A program made the translations under genes and the position numbers. DNA of 44,123 bases from positions 103,472,663 through 103,516,785 of the forward strand of contig NC_068987.1 in assembly GCF_001194135.2 (NCBI RefSeq), read 5' to 3'. This document shows, one piece after another, positions 21,991-35,480 of this stretch. Below the pieces are notes generated by a model. The model had not been told where the DNA came from. It saw only the letters and a program-made list of their open reading frames with translations, and made no database searches. Numbering within the stretch: the stretch's first letter is position 1; every line of letters begins with the position of its first letter. Origin of the DNA: Octopus bimaculoides (lineage: Eukaryota).

Positions 21991-23379
21991 CCTCTCAGTA
22001 TATATGTATGTTTCTTTCGTTTTTTTTTATATCTTTTACTTGTTTCAAATAGAAGAATTTTTAGTCGAATAAATTGACCCGACGTGCCGCACAGTGAAAC
22101 TGAACCCAAGACCACCACACGGTTGCAAAGTGGGCTTACATACTTTTTGTACTTACCATACATATAGTGACGCAAACCATTAATAGCTTGCTCAGATCCA
22201 GCTGTCATTTTGCCTCAAAGGAAGTCTTGAGGCTGGTGAATTGACAAAGAAATTTATTAATAATGTTTTCTAATATGAACACAAAACCAGACATTGTAGG
22301 TTTCGAGAGCAGCTGATTGACTCCAATGCTAAAGTGGTACTTTATGTTACTGATGGCCGTATGATAAAAGGTTCTTCATATACGATGTGACGAACGACTC
22401 CTTTCTCAGATTGACTGTAACCTACTGTAATCTATATCCACTATAATCTACGAATGATCTTCGTTACGGAGAGAAGATTCACAATGGTATATTACAGAAT
22501 AATATTAAATGTTTTTCGTTTATTGCTAGACTCACTCTTGTTTTTATGCTTCAACATGATATATTATACCCTGCTTCAAACATGGAAACTTAGCTTTATA
22601 TTCATTTTGTTTTTTTTCAAGAGCAAGAAATCACAAGTATCACTATTCATATGAAGTAAAGATCATTGTTTCCCACCTCCCAACCCTAAACCCTGAGCAG
22701 CTTGCACCAACGGCCCTCATGATCATTCCAAATGTTAAGCTTTAATATCATTCAAGATCTCTCGTGAGGAAAGCCATTCCTCCACATAACTATGAACGCA
22801 TCTCATAGAGAGGATTTTATCTTCAGGGTCAGAAAGTATTTCAACCTTCAGCATTTCTTGATATCTAATGCTCCCTTCAGATGTCTTTCCTTGCAACAAA
22901 TTAGCTTAATCATCAACGGCACAAATGTTACAGGTTTCGAAAAGCCTGAGAAGGCCACAGACATTACACTACCCTCCAGACCCAATAATAAGAAACGTAA
23001 AAGGAAGGTAGCTCGAGATTATACAAGGACTTAACACAATTCACGGGCACACGGTGCATGCAACAAAGTCTTCCTCCATACCCAGTAACAACACGTATTT
23101 TGCGCTATTTGTAGGACAATGAATATTATCTTATCTTTTGGTAACGGTAGTTTTCTCTATAATATAAGAAATACTATATATATATAATAAAACAAACAAA
23201 GAAGTTTTAAAATATATGAGTACAAGCCTGGAACATAATTTTAAAGAAAATAAAGAATTTATACACCTTTTGAAATGTGAAACCGACTACCGAATCACCC
23301 TGTGCATAAATACACATATATATAGATGAAAAAAAAACATACATGCGTATGCTTCTATCTCTAAGGAACTGCTATATAT

Positions 23380-23424
<45 letters not shown>

Positions 23425-23542
23425 TATATATATATGTATACATATATACATATGTGTGTGTGCGTGTGTGTGTATGTATGTGATTATGTATATGTATATT
23501 TATATGTGTGAGTGTATATATGCATAAACACTCACATGTATG

Positions 23543-23573
<31 letters not shown>

Positions 23574-23693
23574 GTGTGTGTGTGTGTGTGTGTGTGTTAT
23601 AGAATGCATAAGGAATCTCTCTCTCTATGTGTTTCTCTTTCTTTCTCTCTATCTCTTTCTCTTCCTCATTCTTTTCTCTCTCTCTTTCCCTCC

Positions 23694-23740
<47 letters not shown>

Positions 23741-23891
23741 CGTCTTGTTTTCCCGTGACCCTTTATTCTTCTCACGAGTAGTAGGTTATTGCCTATACAA
23801 CACAGAGCTATGTCGTCATGTTTTCCATTCTTAGATCTAGAATGAGAAAAAAATATAATATAATTATTATCATTACTGTAAATAATATTAA

Positions 23892-23956
<65 letters not shown>

Positions 23957-24037
23957 GGTTTGGTATATTTTCGTTTTGTCCCAAAATAATTCTAAGGATT
24001 TATTTATATATATTTATCTATATATATTATATATTTT

Positions 24038-24081
<44 letters not shown>

Positions 24082-26679
24082 TGTATTTGCGTATGTATAT
24101 TAACATTTATATGCGTGTGTGTGTGTATGTGTGTGTGTGTGTGTTTGCGTGTGTGCGTATAGATAGATAGATAGTTAGAAAGATAGATAGATAAGATAGA
24201 TAGATAGATAGATACATACATACATACATACATACATACATACATACAGAAAGACATACATAGATTATTACAAACATTCTCTTTAAGATGCTTTATACAT
24301 ACATGCATGCACATCTATATGCACATATAGATGAATACATGTATATGCATATACACACACATAAATATACACCTATACTAATTTACAAACATATAAATAT
24401 ATATATATATGTATGTAGTTTCGTAGGCATAAGTCTATAAACACAACATACATGCATATATAATATTTGCATATATTTATATATAATATAATATATATTT
24501 ATATATNNNNNNNNNNNNNNNNNNNNNNNNNNNNNNNNATATATATATATATAATATTATATAAATGTATATATACGTACATGCATTCTGCAATGCATCT
24601 TCCTGTGAATTTGTCACGAACATTCGTTATTTATAGAAACATACAATGTTTCATAATGCAATATGCTGGAACTGAAAGACACAGCGCAAAAGAAATTATT
24701 ACATTAAATACTGATGCATACATACATCTCTTTCTCTCTCTGTTTCGCACCTCTTCCTTCTCTCTCTCTCTCACTCTCGCTCTCAGTTTGTCTCTCACAC
24801 GCGCAAATACAAATATATATATATAATATATATGTATGTGTGTATGTGTCAGTGCGCTTGTGTGTGTGTGTATGTGTGTGTGTGTGTGAGTGTTTGTGTG
24901 TGTGTGCGCGCGTGCGCGTGTGTGTGTGTGCGTGTGTGCGTGTGTGCGTGTGTGTGTGTGTGTGACCAACACATACATAGTCATTAGCAAATTAGGGATC
25001 CGAAGGACGTGTGGCCTTGAATTCACATTCTGTTTTCGTTTGAAATTTGTTGTGCTTCGTTTTTTTAACCTGACTTTAGTTTAAGCATAAGCTCTCTAAA
25101 ATTTCAGAAGAGGCATAGGTTCTGTGCTCGTGTTCGTTTGGTGGTGGGTTCGATTCTACCTTGGACTTATGTTTTGTTTTTGACTCTGGCACCTCATTTC
25201 ATGTTGCACTAGTACAATCAGCTGCAAAACAAAAAAATGGTACCAGTGATAACTGTACTTTGGAGGTTAACTCACGTTCAGATTAGGTTCGTGTCAGCGG
25301 GGATTCTTCCATTTCAAGCCTATAATTTTGGAAAATCTGGCTAAATCTCACCTGGTGAGTCCGCAGAATTGAGACAAAAGCATATTGAACACGAATTGCA
25401 ATATTCCAAAATATATTAAATTGAAGATTTGTAGCTTAGATTATTTGTGGCTATTTAATTCTATGTAATAGAGCCTGGCTTAGTATGTAGGAGTTTTGCA
25501 CTTATGATCATAAGATTGTTGTTACGATTCCTGAATTTGGCGATGCGTTGTGGTCTTGAGCAAAACAACCCCAGTCGACTCAACTGGCAAAAATTAATAA
25601 TCTTGCAACAATCTGGCGTCCCGTCCTGGTGGGGATTATGTACGCCACAGAACCATAGAGGTGACCTTATGAGCCTATGGTTCGGTAAGAACATTTACTC
25701 TCACCCCACCCTTTGTTATTTAATTTCATAATATTGAACACATTGAAGATTATCTAAAAAAATATATACCTATTGAACCATTACAACGTGAAGAACACAT
25801 TAGCTATTGAAACAAAAATACCAAACCTCTTAATTTCACTGAAACATTTATTATTTGGTGACAAATGTTTCATCACGCTCACTGCAACCCAGACAGTTGA
25901 ACGGCTAATGTGTCTTCCACGCGATGAGTTAAGTCTACCAATCCTATAGACTACGGGTGGATTTTGACCTCAGAACGCAAAGATCCATAATGAATGCCAC
26001 AATATATCCGGTCCGAAGCTAATACAATTCCACCAATCCACAGCTCAAGTTGATGGAATTTTACTTCAGAACCTATTCTGTGAAATATCTTATCCTGTCA
26101 TCTAATGACTCAGCCAATTTGTTACCTGAAATGCAAAATAAATTTTCATTGCCGCCACCAGCGGCCGACTCTGACTTCGTGGCATGTTCCATAATTTCGT
26201 TAATTTTTTAGAAGGCTTTGCAATTGGGAGTAAACATAACCCCACACACTTGCTCCGCCATCGAGGATACGACAACTTGTTATGAGTAAAAGTGACCATC
26301 ACCATACTAATTTTCAGCTTAGAGGGCTGGAGTAACGTAGAATGAAATGCTTTGCTGAAAGACGCATCGCGCTACACGGGCCAAGGTTTAAAGCTGCGGT
26401 TTTATGTACGTCAGCTTAACATGCTAACTACTAAGTTTCGTACCTTCACAAATGGCGAATATGTACCTCGTACCTTTTGCTTATTTCAGCATTTCAGCCA
26501 TTGAACTGCGATCGTTCACGGACTTCGGTTTGAGAAGTTTAATTGCACAAATCGACTTCAGAATTATCGATCTCATTAGCTGAATTGCTGAGATACTGAG
26601 ACGTAAACAAACCACAACCAGATGTCATGCGTGGGTATGTGACAAACACATAGAAGGATACCCACATACACAGATGAAC

Positions 26680-26721
<42 letters not shown>

Positions 26722-27080
26722 NNNNNNNNNNNNNNNNNNNNNNNNNNNNNNNNNNNNNNNNNNNNNNNNNNNNNNNNNNNNNNNNNNNNNNNNNNNNNNN
26801 NNNNNNNNNNNNNNNNNNNNNNNNNNNNNNNNNNNNNNNNNNNNNNNNNNNNNNNNNNNNNNNNNNNNNNNNNNNNNNNNNNNNNNNNNNNNNNNNNNNN
26901 NNNNNNNNNNNNNNNNNNNNNNNNNNNNNNNNNNNNNNNNNNNNNNNNNNNNNNNNNNNNNNNNNNNNNNNNNNNNNNNNNNNNNNNNNNNNNNNNNNNN
27001 NNNNNNNNNNNNNNNNNNNNNNNNNNNNNNNNNNNNNNNNNNNNNNNNNNNNNNNNNNNNNNNNNNNNNNNNNNNNNNNN

Positions 27081-27113
<33 letters not shown>

Positions 27114-27119
27114 CGTGCG

Positions 27120-27270
27120 CGCATGACTGGTTTCCAAAAAGTCTCTCAACCCAATTCACTCACAAGTCATTAGCTATAGTAGAAGTATAATAGAACGGTG
27201 CACTAGTAGACACTTAACCAAGGTGCCGCGCAGTGGGACTGAACTGGAAAGTGTGTGATTGCAAAGCGAG
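27120..27270 (-). mobile_element. Group B SINE 5' fragment
   Basis: gacacttaaccaaggtgccgcgcagtgggactgaac. Confidence 0.65.
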
Positions 27271-28599
27271 CTTTGTTTATAAAACGTACTAACGTGAACC
27301 TGTTCAAAAATATTGCTCGGCGGAATTCAAATTAGAATATAAAAGAAAGCATAATTCATCAATTATGCAATTTAATTGCTGTCGACGTCTTTGTTATGTT
27401 CCTTTGTTTTTATTACTAAAATGTTATTGTAGTTCATGGTTCTGCTCTTGTTGTTAAGGTGGCTGCTACTGCTACTGCTGCTGCTGCTGCTGCTGTTGAG
27501 CTAATAGTTTTTTTTATAGATAGTGTTATATTTAATTTTATATTTGTTATTGTTGACGCATATTAAATTCATTATGATTGTTGTTGTTGTCAGAGTTATC
27601 GCTACTATTGTTGTTGCTGGTGATGATGCTGTTATTTTTAGCATCGTTGTTGTAATTAATGAGAAATTTGTTTTTGATGTTTCTGTTTTTTTTTTGTTGC
27701 TGTTGCTCTTTAATCTCATAGGATGTGTCAAATGGCAGAATCGTTAGAATGATGGTTATAATGACTTGCAGTATTTGTTTCACTTCTCTACATTTTTAAA
27801 GTTCGAATCGCGCCGAAGTCGACTTTGCTTTTCATTCTTCCGGAGTTGAACCATCTACCTCAGTACTTGAGATTTACTTCAAAACATCAAGTACCACTCA
27901 AATGCTGGGGTTGATATCAGTGACAGTTGTTCAATACCAACATGCAATGAACCAACACAGTGCAATAGAATTCAAATTCCTGCCCTACTGTGGTGGGAGT
28001 GGAGGCTCGAACTACATTTGTAGGTGGCCGATGTGATACACCAGTTAGCGCACACTATCGTCATAACACAATCTTATACTACATCCAACACACGTACACG
28101 CAGACACATATGTACACGCACGCACACACACACACATACGTATTGGACTCTCTTCGAGGAATGAGAGCTGAAGCAAGACACAGGTAAACAAATGTTCGTA
28201 ATTCGATGTTTTGATGTGTCGTCTCATACGGAAGTAGTTCAGACCTATCCGGGATTTGCAGATCGGGTTGCTGACGTTGCAGTAGTGATCTCCGGCATTT
28301 GGAGACAGATGGGACCCTGCTCTTTGCTGAGATTGAACTCACTTTGAACAAAAGCATTCCAGATGTGAGTGCCCCGTCTTTTTCTTACGTACAGAGAAAC
28401 CAGAGCTATATTATGCAATATGTTCCTTTCAATGACTGTACGGCGTGATTTGAGGAAGATTTCGTTGCTTGTTTTTTGCGCGTCTGTTAGCAAACTGAAT
28501 AACGAAGATAGTGAATTTTAGGCCGGTATTTTATAGGTATTGCAGCGTGCTATAAATGTCACTATGCCATTGTATCTACCAGACTATTAGATGCTTTTA

Positions 28600-28855
28600 T
28601 ACTCGTTGATCACAGTGTGCTTCCTCGCATTACAATAGCTTTCAAATGATGCCACCTCGCAGGGTAAGCGGACTGGCCAATATCCCCCCTGAACTGAAAT
28701 CCGGTCCATTGTGGAGTTATTCATTTGCAATTAAGTGGAGGAACATGAAATGAATGTTTTTGCTCAAGTACCCAAGCTCCGCCGGTCTGGAAATCGAAAC
28801 CACGATCTTCAGATCATGAGTGCAGCATCTTTACCATTTGGCCACGCGCCCTCAC
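28600..28855 (-). mobile_element. Group C SINE, decayed
   Basis: tgaaatgaatgtttttgctcaag...ggaaatcgaaaccacgatc...ttaccatttggccacgcgcc. Confidence 0.7.
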
Positions 28856-28944
28856 ATTATAAATGAATTTCTGCGTATTTATGTAAAAAGCAGTAGCACC
28901 TTCGAAGGTAAGTTGGTGTTTTTCGATATTGTGTATTAGGGAGG

Positions 28945-31535
28945 CATATATCTGGCAGAGACGTTAGAGTGTTAGACAAAATACTTTGTCAGCGTTCCTC
29001 CAGCTCCCTACGCTCTGATTTCAAATCCCACCGAGGTGAACTCTGCCTTCTAACTTTTCGTGGCTGATTAAATAAAGTATCAGCCATGTTTTGGAAATAA
29101 CAGAGTTTTATATCAAGCAGCTCAAACGAGCGATCAAATACATGCTACATTTTTCCAATGGGAAAAGCAATCATTCCATTCATAACCATCCCAACTTATT
29201 TTCAGGTATAGTGCATCTAGGACTACATTGTACATTATACCTTCCCTTAAAAAATATAGTTTTGAGGGGAATTTTTGCTTTTTGTGCGAAAAGACAAAGT
29301 AGCTGCTACCACGGTGGTTTGTTCTAAAATATTTATTTCGACGTATTACAGCTTATGATGATGGTGATTATAATGATGATGATGATTTTGGCTCATGTTG
29401 GTGCTGTTATCGTTCGGCGGTGAGCTGGCAGAATCGTTAGCGCTGGGGTCGATGTAATCGATTATTCCCCGCCCCCAAATTTCAGGCATTGTGCCTATAG
29501 TAGAAAGGATTACTTCCATCTGCAGAATCGTAAATTTTCAGCATTTGTTCTAACTCTATAAGTTCTGAGTTCACATCCGTCAGAGGACAACTACACCGTC
29601 GCCTTTCCGAGAATCGATAAAATAAAAGTTAAATACTGTGTTCGATTTAATTAACTAATAACTCCCCACAAAACTCTGTACCTAGAAAGAATTAGAAAGA
29701 TATATTAAAATCCTTTTAAGAGCAGAAAAATTTGCCGGCAATTTTTTCTGCTCTTACTGTTCAGTGTGGAGGCGCAATAGCGCACTGGTTAGGGCAGCGG
29801 ACTCGCGGTCATAGGATCGCTGTTTCGATTCCCAGACCGGGCGTTGTGAGTGTTTATTGAGAGAAAACACCTAAAGCTCTACGAGGCTCCGGCAGGGGAT
29901 GGTGGTGAACCCTGCTGTATTTTTTCACCACAACTTTCTCTCACTCTTACTTCCTGTTTCTGTTGTGCCTGTAATTCAAAGAGTCAGCCTTGTCACACTG
30001 TGTCACGCTGAATATCCCCGAGAAGTACGTTAAGGGTACACGTGTCTGTGGAGTGCTCAGCCACTTGCACGTTTAATTTCACGAGCAGGCTGTTCCGTTG
30101 ATCGGATCAACTGGAACCCTCGACATCGTAAGCGACTTTAGTGCCAACAACAACAACAATACTGTTCAGTATTTATGTGTTGAACAAAGATATCATTCTA
30201 CTTGTTCTACAATACATTTCAACGCTTAAAAAACAGATTTATGTTTGTTTACATATGACGTCATCTAGAAAGAATTACTTCCATCATTTACTTTTGGTGT
30301 TATTGAGCTTTGTCGTTAAAGCTGATAGAATCGTTAACACGTCTGACAAAATGCTTAACGGCATTTCTTTCAGCTCTTTAAGATGTGAGTTCAAATTCCA
30401 CCAAAGTCGAATTTACCTTTTATCTTTCTGGGGTCGATAAAATAAGTACCAATTGAGTACTAGGGTCAATGTAATCGACTTTATCCAGTTCTTTACAGAT
30501 TGCTGGCCTTGTCGTAAAATTTGAACCCATTTAAGGCGGCGAGCTGGCAGAATTGTTAGCACACCGAGCAAAATGTATGGCGTCATTTCTCCCAGTCTTA
30601 CGGTCTGAGTTCAAATCCCGACGAGATCGACTTTGCCTTTTATCCTTTCGAAATCGATAAAATATAAACCAGTTGAGCATTGGAGTCGATGTAATTGACT
30701 AACTACTGCTCCAAATTGCAGGCTTTGTTCCTATAGTAAAAAGAATTATTGTGTTTTGTAATTGATATTGTTACCTGTTGTCGACTTCTGCTCTGTTTTT
30801 CTGTTCCGCCCTTTTTTTACTGCTTCTCATTCTTATTCATTCTTTTCATGTCTGTATTGTTGTTATAGTAATTAATCTTCGTTGTTGTCGATGCTACTGA
30901 TGTCACTGGCGTTGTAATTATTTCAATATATGGAGCTGTTGAGGCGGCGAGCTGGAAGAAACGTTAGCACGCCGGGCGAAATGCTCGGCGGTATTTCGTC
31001 TACCGTTACTTTCTGAGTTCAAATTCCGCCGAGGTCGACTTTGCCTTTCATCCTTTCGGGGTCGATAAATTAAGTACCAGTTACGCACTGGGGTCGATGT
31101 AATCGACTTAATCCGTTCGTCTGTTCTTGTTTGTTCCCTCTATGTTTAGCCCCTTGTGGGCAATAACGAAATAGGTATTTCGTCTACGGTTACTTTCTGA
31201 GTTCAAATTCCGCCGAGGTTGACTTTGCCTTTCATCCTTTCGGAGTGGATAAATAAAATACCAGTTGCGTACTTGGGGCGATCTAATCGAAAATTTCGGG
31301 CTTGGGCCTAGAGTAGAAAAGAATATATGGCGTTGTTAAGGCGGCGAGCTGGCAGAATCGTTAGCACGCCGGAAAAATTGCTTAGCGGTATTACGTTCTG
31401 AGTTCAAATTCTACCGAGGTCGATTTTCTCTTTCATCCTTTCGTGGTCGATAAAATAAATATCAGTTAAACACTGCGATTCAGGTAATCGACTTACCGCT
31501 GCTCAAAATTGCTGGCCTTATACCAAATTTTGATC
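28945..31535 (+). mobile_element. Cluster of co-oriented group A SINEs (about 28945-29090, 29415-29510, 29520-29690, 30320-30530, 30533-30750, 30942-31323 dimer, 31339-31535)
   Basis: Repeated (tt)aaggcggcgagctggcagaa heads and gagttcaaattcc...gtcgactttgcctttcatcc bodies, all on the plus strand. Confidence 0.85.
29766..30160 (+). mobile_element. Near full-length tRNA-derived SINE with a (CAA)n tail (fourth family)
   Basis: Head GGAGGCGCAATAGCGCACTGGTTAGGGCAGCGGACTCGCGGTC...GTTTCGATTCCCAGACC has A and B boxes, followed by an approximately 320-bp body and a tail gtgccaacaacaacaac. Confidence 0.85.
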
Positions 31536-31652
31536 CAGTATAAGTAACCGTCGATTAATACTTACATCTACCAGCTTCATCAGCTCCATATAACATACAT
31601 AAGCCATAATATCAATACTGCCCAACAAACAGCATGCCCAACTAATTATTCC

Positions 31653-31700
<48 letters not shown>

Positions 31701-31884
31701 GGAACTAACAGTCGTAATTGTGAAAATATAGGTGTGTATCTGTACAGAAAAAGCGATGTACATATATATGTATATACACACTAGTACAAGCATAAATGCA
31801 TACGTATCTCGGTCTCTCTCTCCCCTCTCTCTCTTTCTCTCTCTCACCCTTGTAATAGTAGTAGTAGTATCCTTATTTCATATA

Positions 31885-31970
<86 letters not shown>

Positions 31971-32133
31971 CATACGCACACATTTATGGGTGTACATACA
32001 CGTACATACATGCATAAATATGCACAACCTATTAAATGTGAACATATTTGTAGACAAACACATACGAGTGCGCGTAAACGCATACATAGACTTATGTATA
32101 TTTATATATGAAATAAAAGTGAAAGCGGTTTGT

Positions 32134-32177
<44 letters not shown>

Positions 32178-32314
32178 GTGTGTACACACCCATCTTATAT
32201 CCTATCACAGAGATACACAAATACGTACACAAAGAGACACGTAAACAGTTATACAAGTACACTCAAATAGATATGAAAGGTGTGATAAAAGTAAAACATC
32301 GAACACCGCCTATT

Positions 32315-32349
<35 letters not shown>

Positions 32350-32595
32350 TGTCAACATTATCCTCATGCAGACCGAGCCCAGCTTCCTTACCCCACAAAC
32401 CCTTACACATACTTCACTCCCAGTCTTCATAACACCATCGGTGTAAACTCAATTTACTCTGCACTGATTCAAGATTAAACTCATCTCTTTTGGCATTCAA
32501 TCAAGGCTACACGCGCGCGCGAACGCAAGCACAAGCGCGCACACACAAACACACCCACACACATACACACACACTCACACACACACACTCACACA

Positions 32596-32630
<35 letters not shown>

Positions 32631-32707
32631 TCAAGCATATGATTAATGCTTCAATTAAACGTACTTATGATACTGTATATTTGTGTGTGTATACCTATAT
32701 CTATCTG

Positions 32708-32793
<86 letters not shown>

Positions 32794-33573
32794 GGATATA
32801 CATGTCTGAATGTATGTATGTGTGTATATGTGTACAATATATTTCTGTGTGGGCATTTAAGTTTCCAAACGAAAGAAAAGAGTTCTCAATACATTTATAG
32901 AGTATCCATTTATTGAAAATCTAATAGTGAATTACTCCTTTGTTACTCAGTTTCACACGTAACCTATACCACGTGCGGTCTCTCAGACAATTTATGGTGA
33001 ACGAATCAGCAACACTACAGACTGAACCAAAACGGTTAAAATAACTTACGTGATCGAATGGGAAGCAGGTGAAAAGTGTAGATGACTCGAGTGTTTTGAA
33101 GTGAATGAAGACCATCGAATTCAAACGTATAGTGAAATATCAAATAAGAATAATCACACTACGTTTCTTATGGGGTTTAATAGCTATGGATTTGGGTTAA
33201 TAATCGTTGGGTTTTGAGGTGTCCGCTCGCTGTCCAGGAGGAAACGTGTTCGATGATGTGTATTACTTTTTTTTTACTTGTTTCTGTCATTTAAGGATCT
33301 TCTTAGTCGAAAAGATCAATCCCAGTACATATTTAAAAATATATATATATATCTGGCACTTATTATATCGGTCACTTTTTCCGAATCGCTATGTTACGAG
33401 AACGTAAACAATCCACTACCAGTTGTTAAGCGGGGGAGGATAGATACGTGCATCAAGATACGCACGCGTGCGCACACAGCACGCAACTATGACTTCTACT
33501 TTTGACTGCTAATTGCTTCCATGACCGTTTCAGAAATATATATATATATATATGGAGAGAGGGAGAGAGAGGG

Positions 33574-33626
<53 letters not shown>

Positions 33627-34765
33627 GAGAGAAGGCCAGCAGTTACCCCAATAAGGCAAAAAATGAAGGGAACTAACTTCGCCTTTTCGAATAAACACAC
33701 AATTTTTCTTCCCGTGAGGTCCAGCAAAAATGCGTTGGCGGATTGAGTTAATTTACACTTTTATTTGATCACTTTCAAAGTCAACAATCACATTTTAAAC
33801 TATTGCAAGTCCTTTCTTCTCAATCCGTTGATGTATTTTGTGCTGGCCAAATGATCAATTGATTGATTGTAAATTATGTTTACTTTACACATGAATAAAC
33901 AGAATAAGCATACATAAAGATTGTTTTCAGCAATTTCATGCCTGCACCGCAAATGAACAATATATATTTATAGCCGTTAATGTTCATAATATATATATCT
34001 ATAAAAGAAAACTTGTTCTGTTTCCATTGATTGAGGCCTTGTGTAACTCGATTGAAAGGCTGAAGTTACGTTTAGAATGAATCAAGCTATAGTCATAAAT
34101 CATCGATTGTCTCACTGCTTTCCTTAAGCAAGGAAGGCTTGTCGTTTTGCCCTAGCTGGTAGCTACGGTGAAAGACGAACTTTTTTTAATTGGGNNNNNN
34201 NNNNGGCTGCTCTGGTATCTTTCTAGTTCTCTTTTTTTTTCTTTTTTTTTTTTTTTCACTTTTCAAATATTTCTGTTATTATCGATCTTTCTGTTGTTGG
34301 TGTTGCTTAAACATAAGTCTTTCTTTATTGAACTGACCAACGACGAAAGGCATTCAACCGATGGTCCTCTTGTCGTTTTAGACACGCCGCTCTCAAAATA
34401 GATCACTCAATATGTTCTTCCTTTTCTAAAGACAGTCGAATAATTACAAAGTGACATACTCGTGGGATCGTCTGGTGGCTTTATTTAAAAGTATATTTGC
34501 ATCGTATCCTCTATATATTTTATCTTTGAAAATAACGACTTGTCCGAAACGTCGTTATCGCTTCTGTTGCTTTACGGAAAATACATAAACTTTGTTAGTA
34601 ATTTTATTTGTTTAACTTTTTTTTAATTTATCTCCTGGACTAACTGACCAACGCACACCAAAGCATGTTGAATGTATATATGTGTGGGGGGGGGCGGTAT
34701 GTGTTAAATAAAATGAGACAACAAGGCAGTGTGAAATTTCTAAGACATATATAAAGAGAAAGATA

Positions 34766-34810
34766 GTCTTACAGCTGTTTCGGGGATATAAAGGATATCC
34801 CATCAGAGAC
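34766..34810 (-). ncRNA. Degenerate minimal type I hammerhead motif
   Basis: Minus strand: GUCU CUGAU(G) GGAUAU ccuuu AUAUCC CC GAAAC AGCU GUA AGAC. Stems I and II and the palindromic AGCU loop are present, but core A9 is missing. Confidence 0.6.
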
Positions 34811-35149
34811 GATATGAGAGAGTTAAATAGAAGGAAATAGTAGAGTTCAATATATGAAGTTAGTTTGGAAAGGGGAGATATATAGGGAGTATAAAGGGAA
34901 ATATGAGAATAAAGATAAAAATATATGTTGGATGTTGCAGTTGCAGTTCCATTATCCAAGGAATGTGCTGTGTAGAATGGGTCTACACACCATGGACAAG
35001 AAGCCTCTTTACTCACATACACGATAATACACGACTCGCGTTAGACTCCTCATACTATTATCGAATCGGGAGCCTAACAGCGGTCCTTCCGTAGCACTTA
35101 CATATCCTTACTTGCTTTTGGGTCTTCTAGATACCAAAACCTCTCATAT

Positions 35150-35480
35150 ATGTATGCATGTATGTATGTATGTATGTATGTATGCATGTATGTATGTATG
35201 TATGTATTCGGCATCGTGCGTACAGCTGACCACGTCCGCCAGTGCTCTCAATCGCCGGCAGTCCCGCGTCAACCCCTCTGCATCCTCCAAGATGACATCC
35301 AGCCTCTGGACGTCTTTAATTACGTCCAGCCATCCGGTGCGGTACCTGCCAAGGGCCTCTTCCAGCCCTCAGCTGCTGTATCGGACGAAAGCAAGGCCCT
35401 CTTAGGATGATCTGGCGTGAGGAGGAGGGTGAGTTCGTACCAGCGCATGCTCTAACGCCTCAGCCAATTTGCGTCCTGTA
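35150..35480 (-). mobile_element. 3' end of an RTE-clade LINE with a (TACA)n tail
   Basis: Minus strand with one frameshift: MRWYELTLLLTPDHPKRALL...EGWKRPL / GRYRTGWLDVIKDVQRLDVILEDAEGLTRDCRRLRALADVVSCTH, then directly into (ATAC)n at 35204-35150. Confidence 0.85.

Noticed and set aside
29766-29840. tRNA gene
   Set aside because: A and B boxes are present, but there is no complete cloverleaf or terminator, and it continues into a SINE body and (CAA)n tail. The same applies to the other SINE heads.
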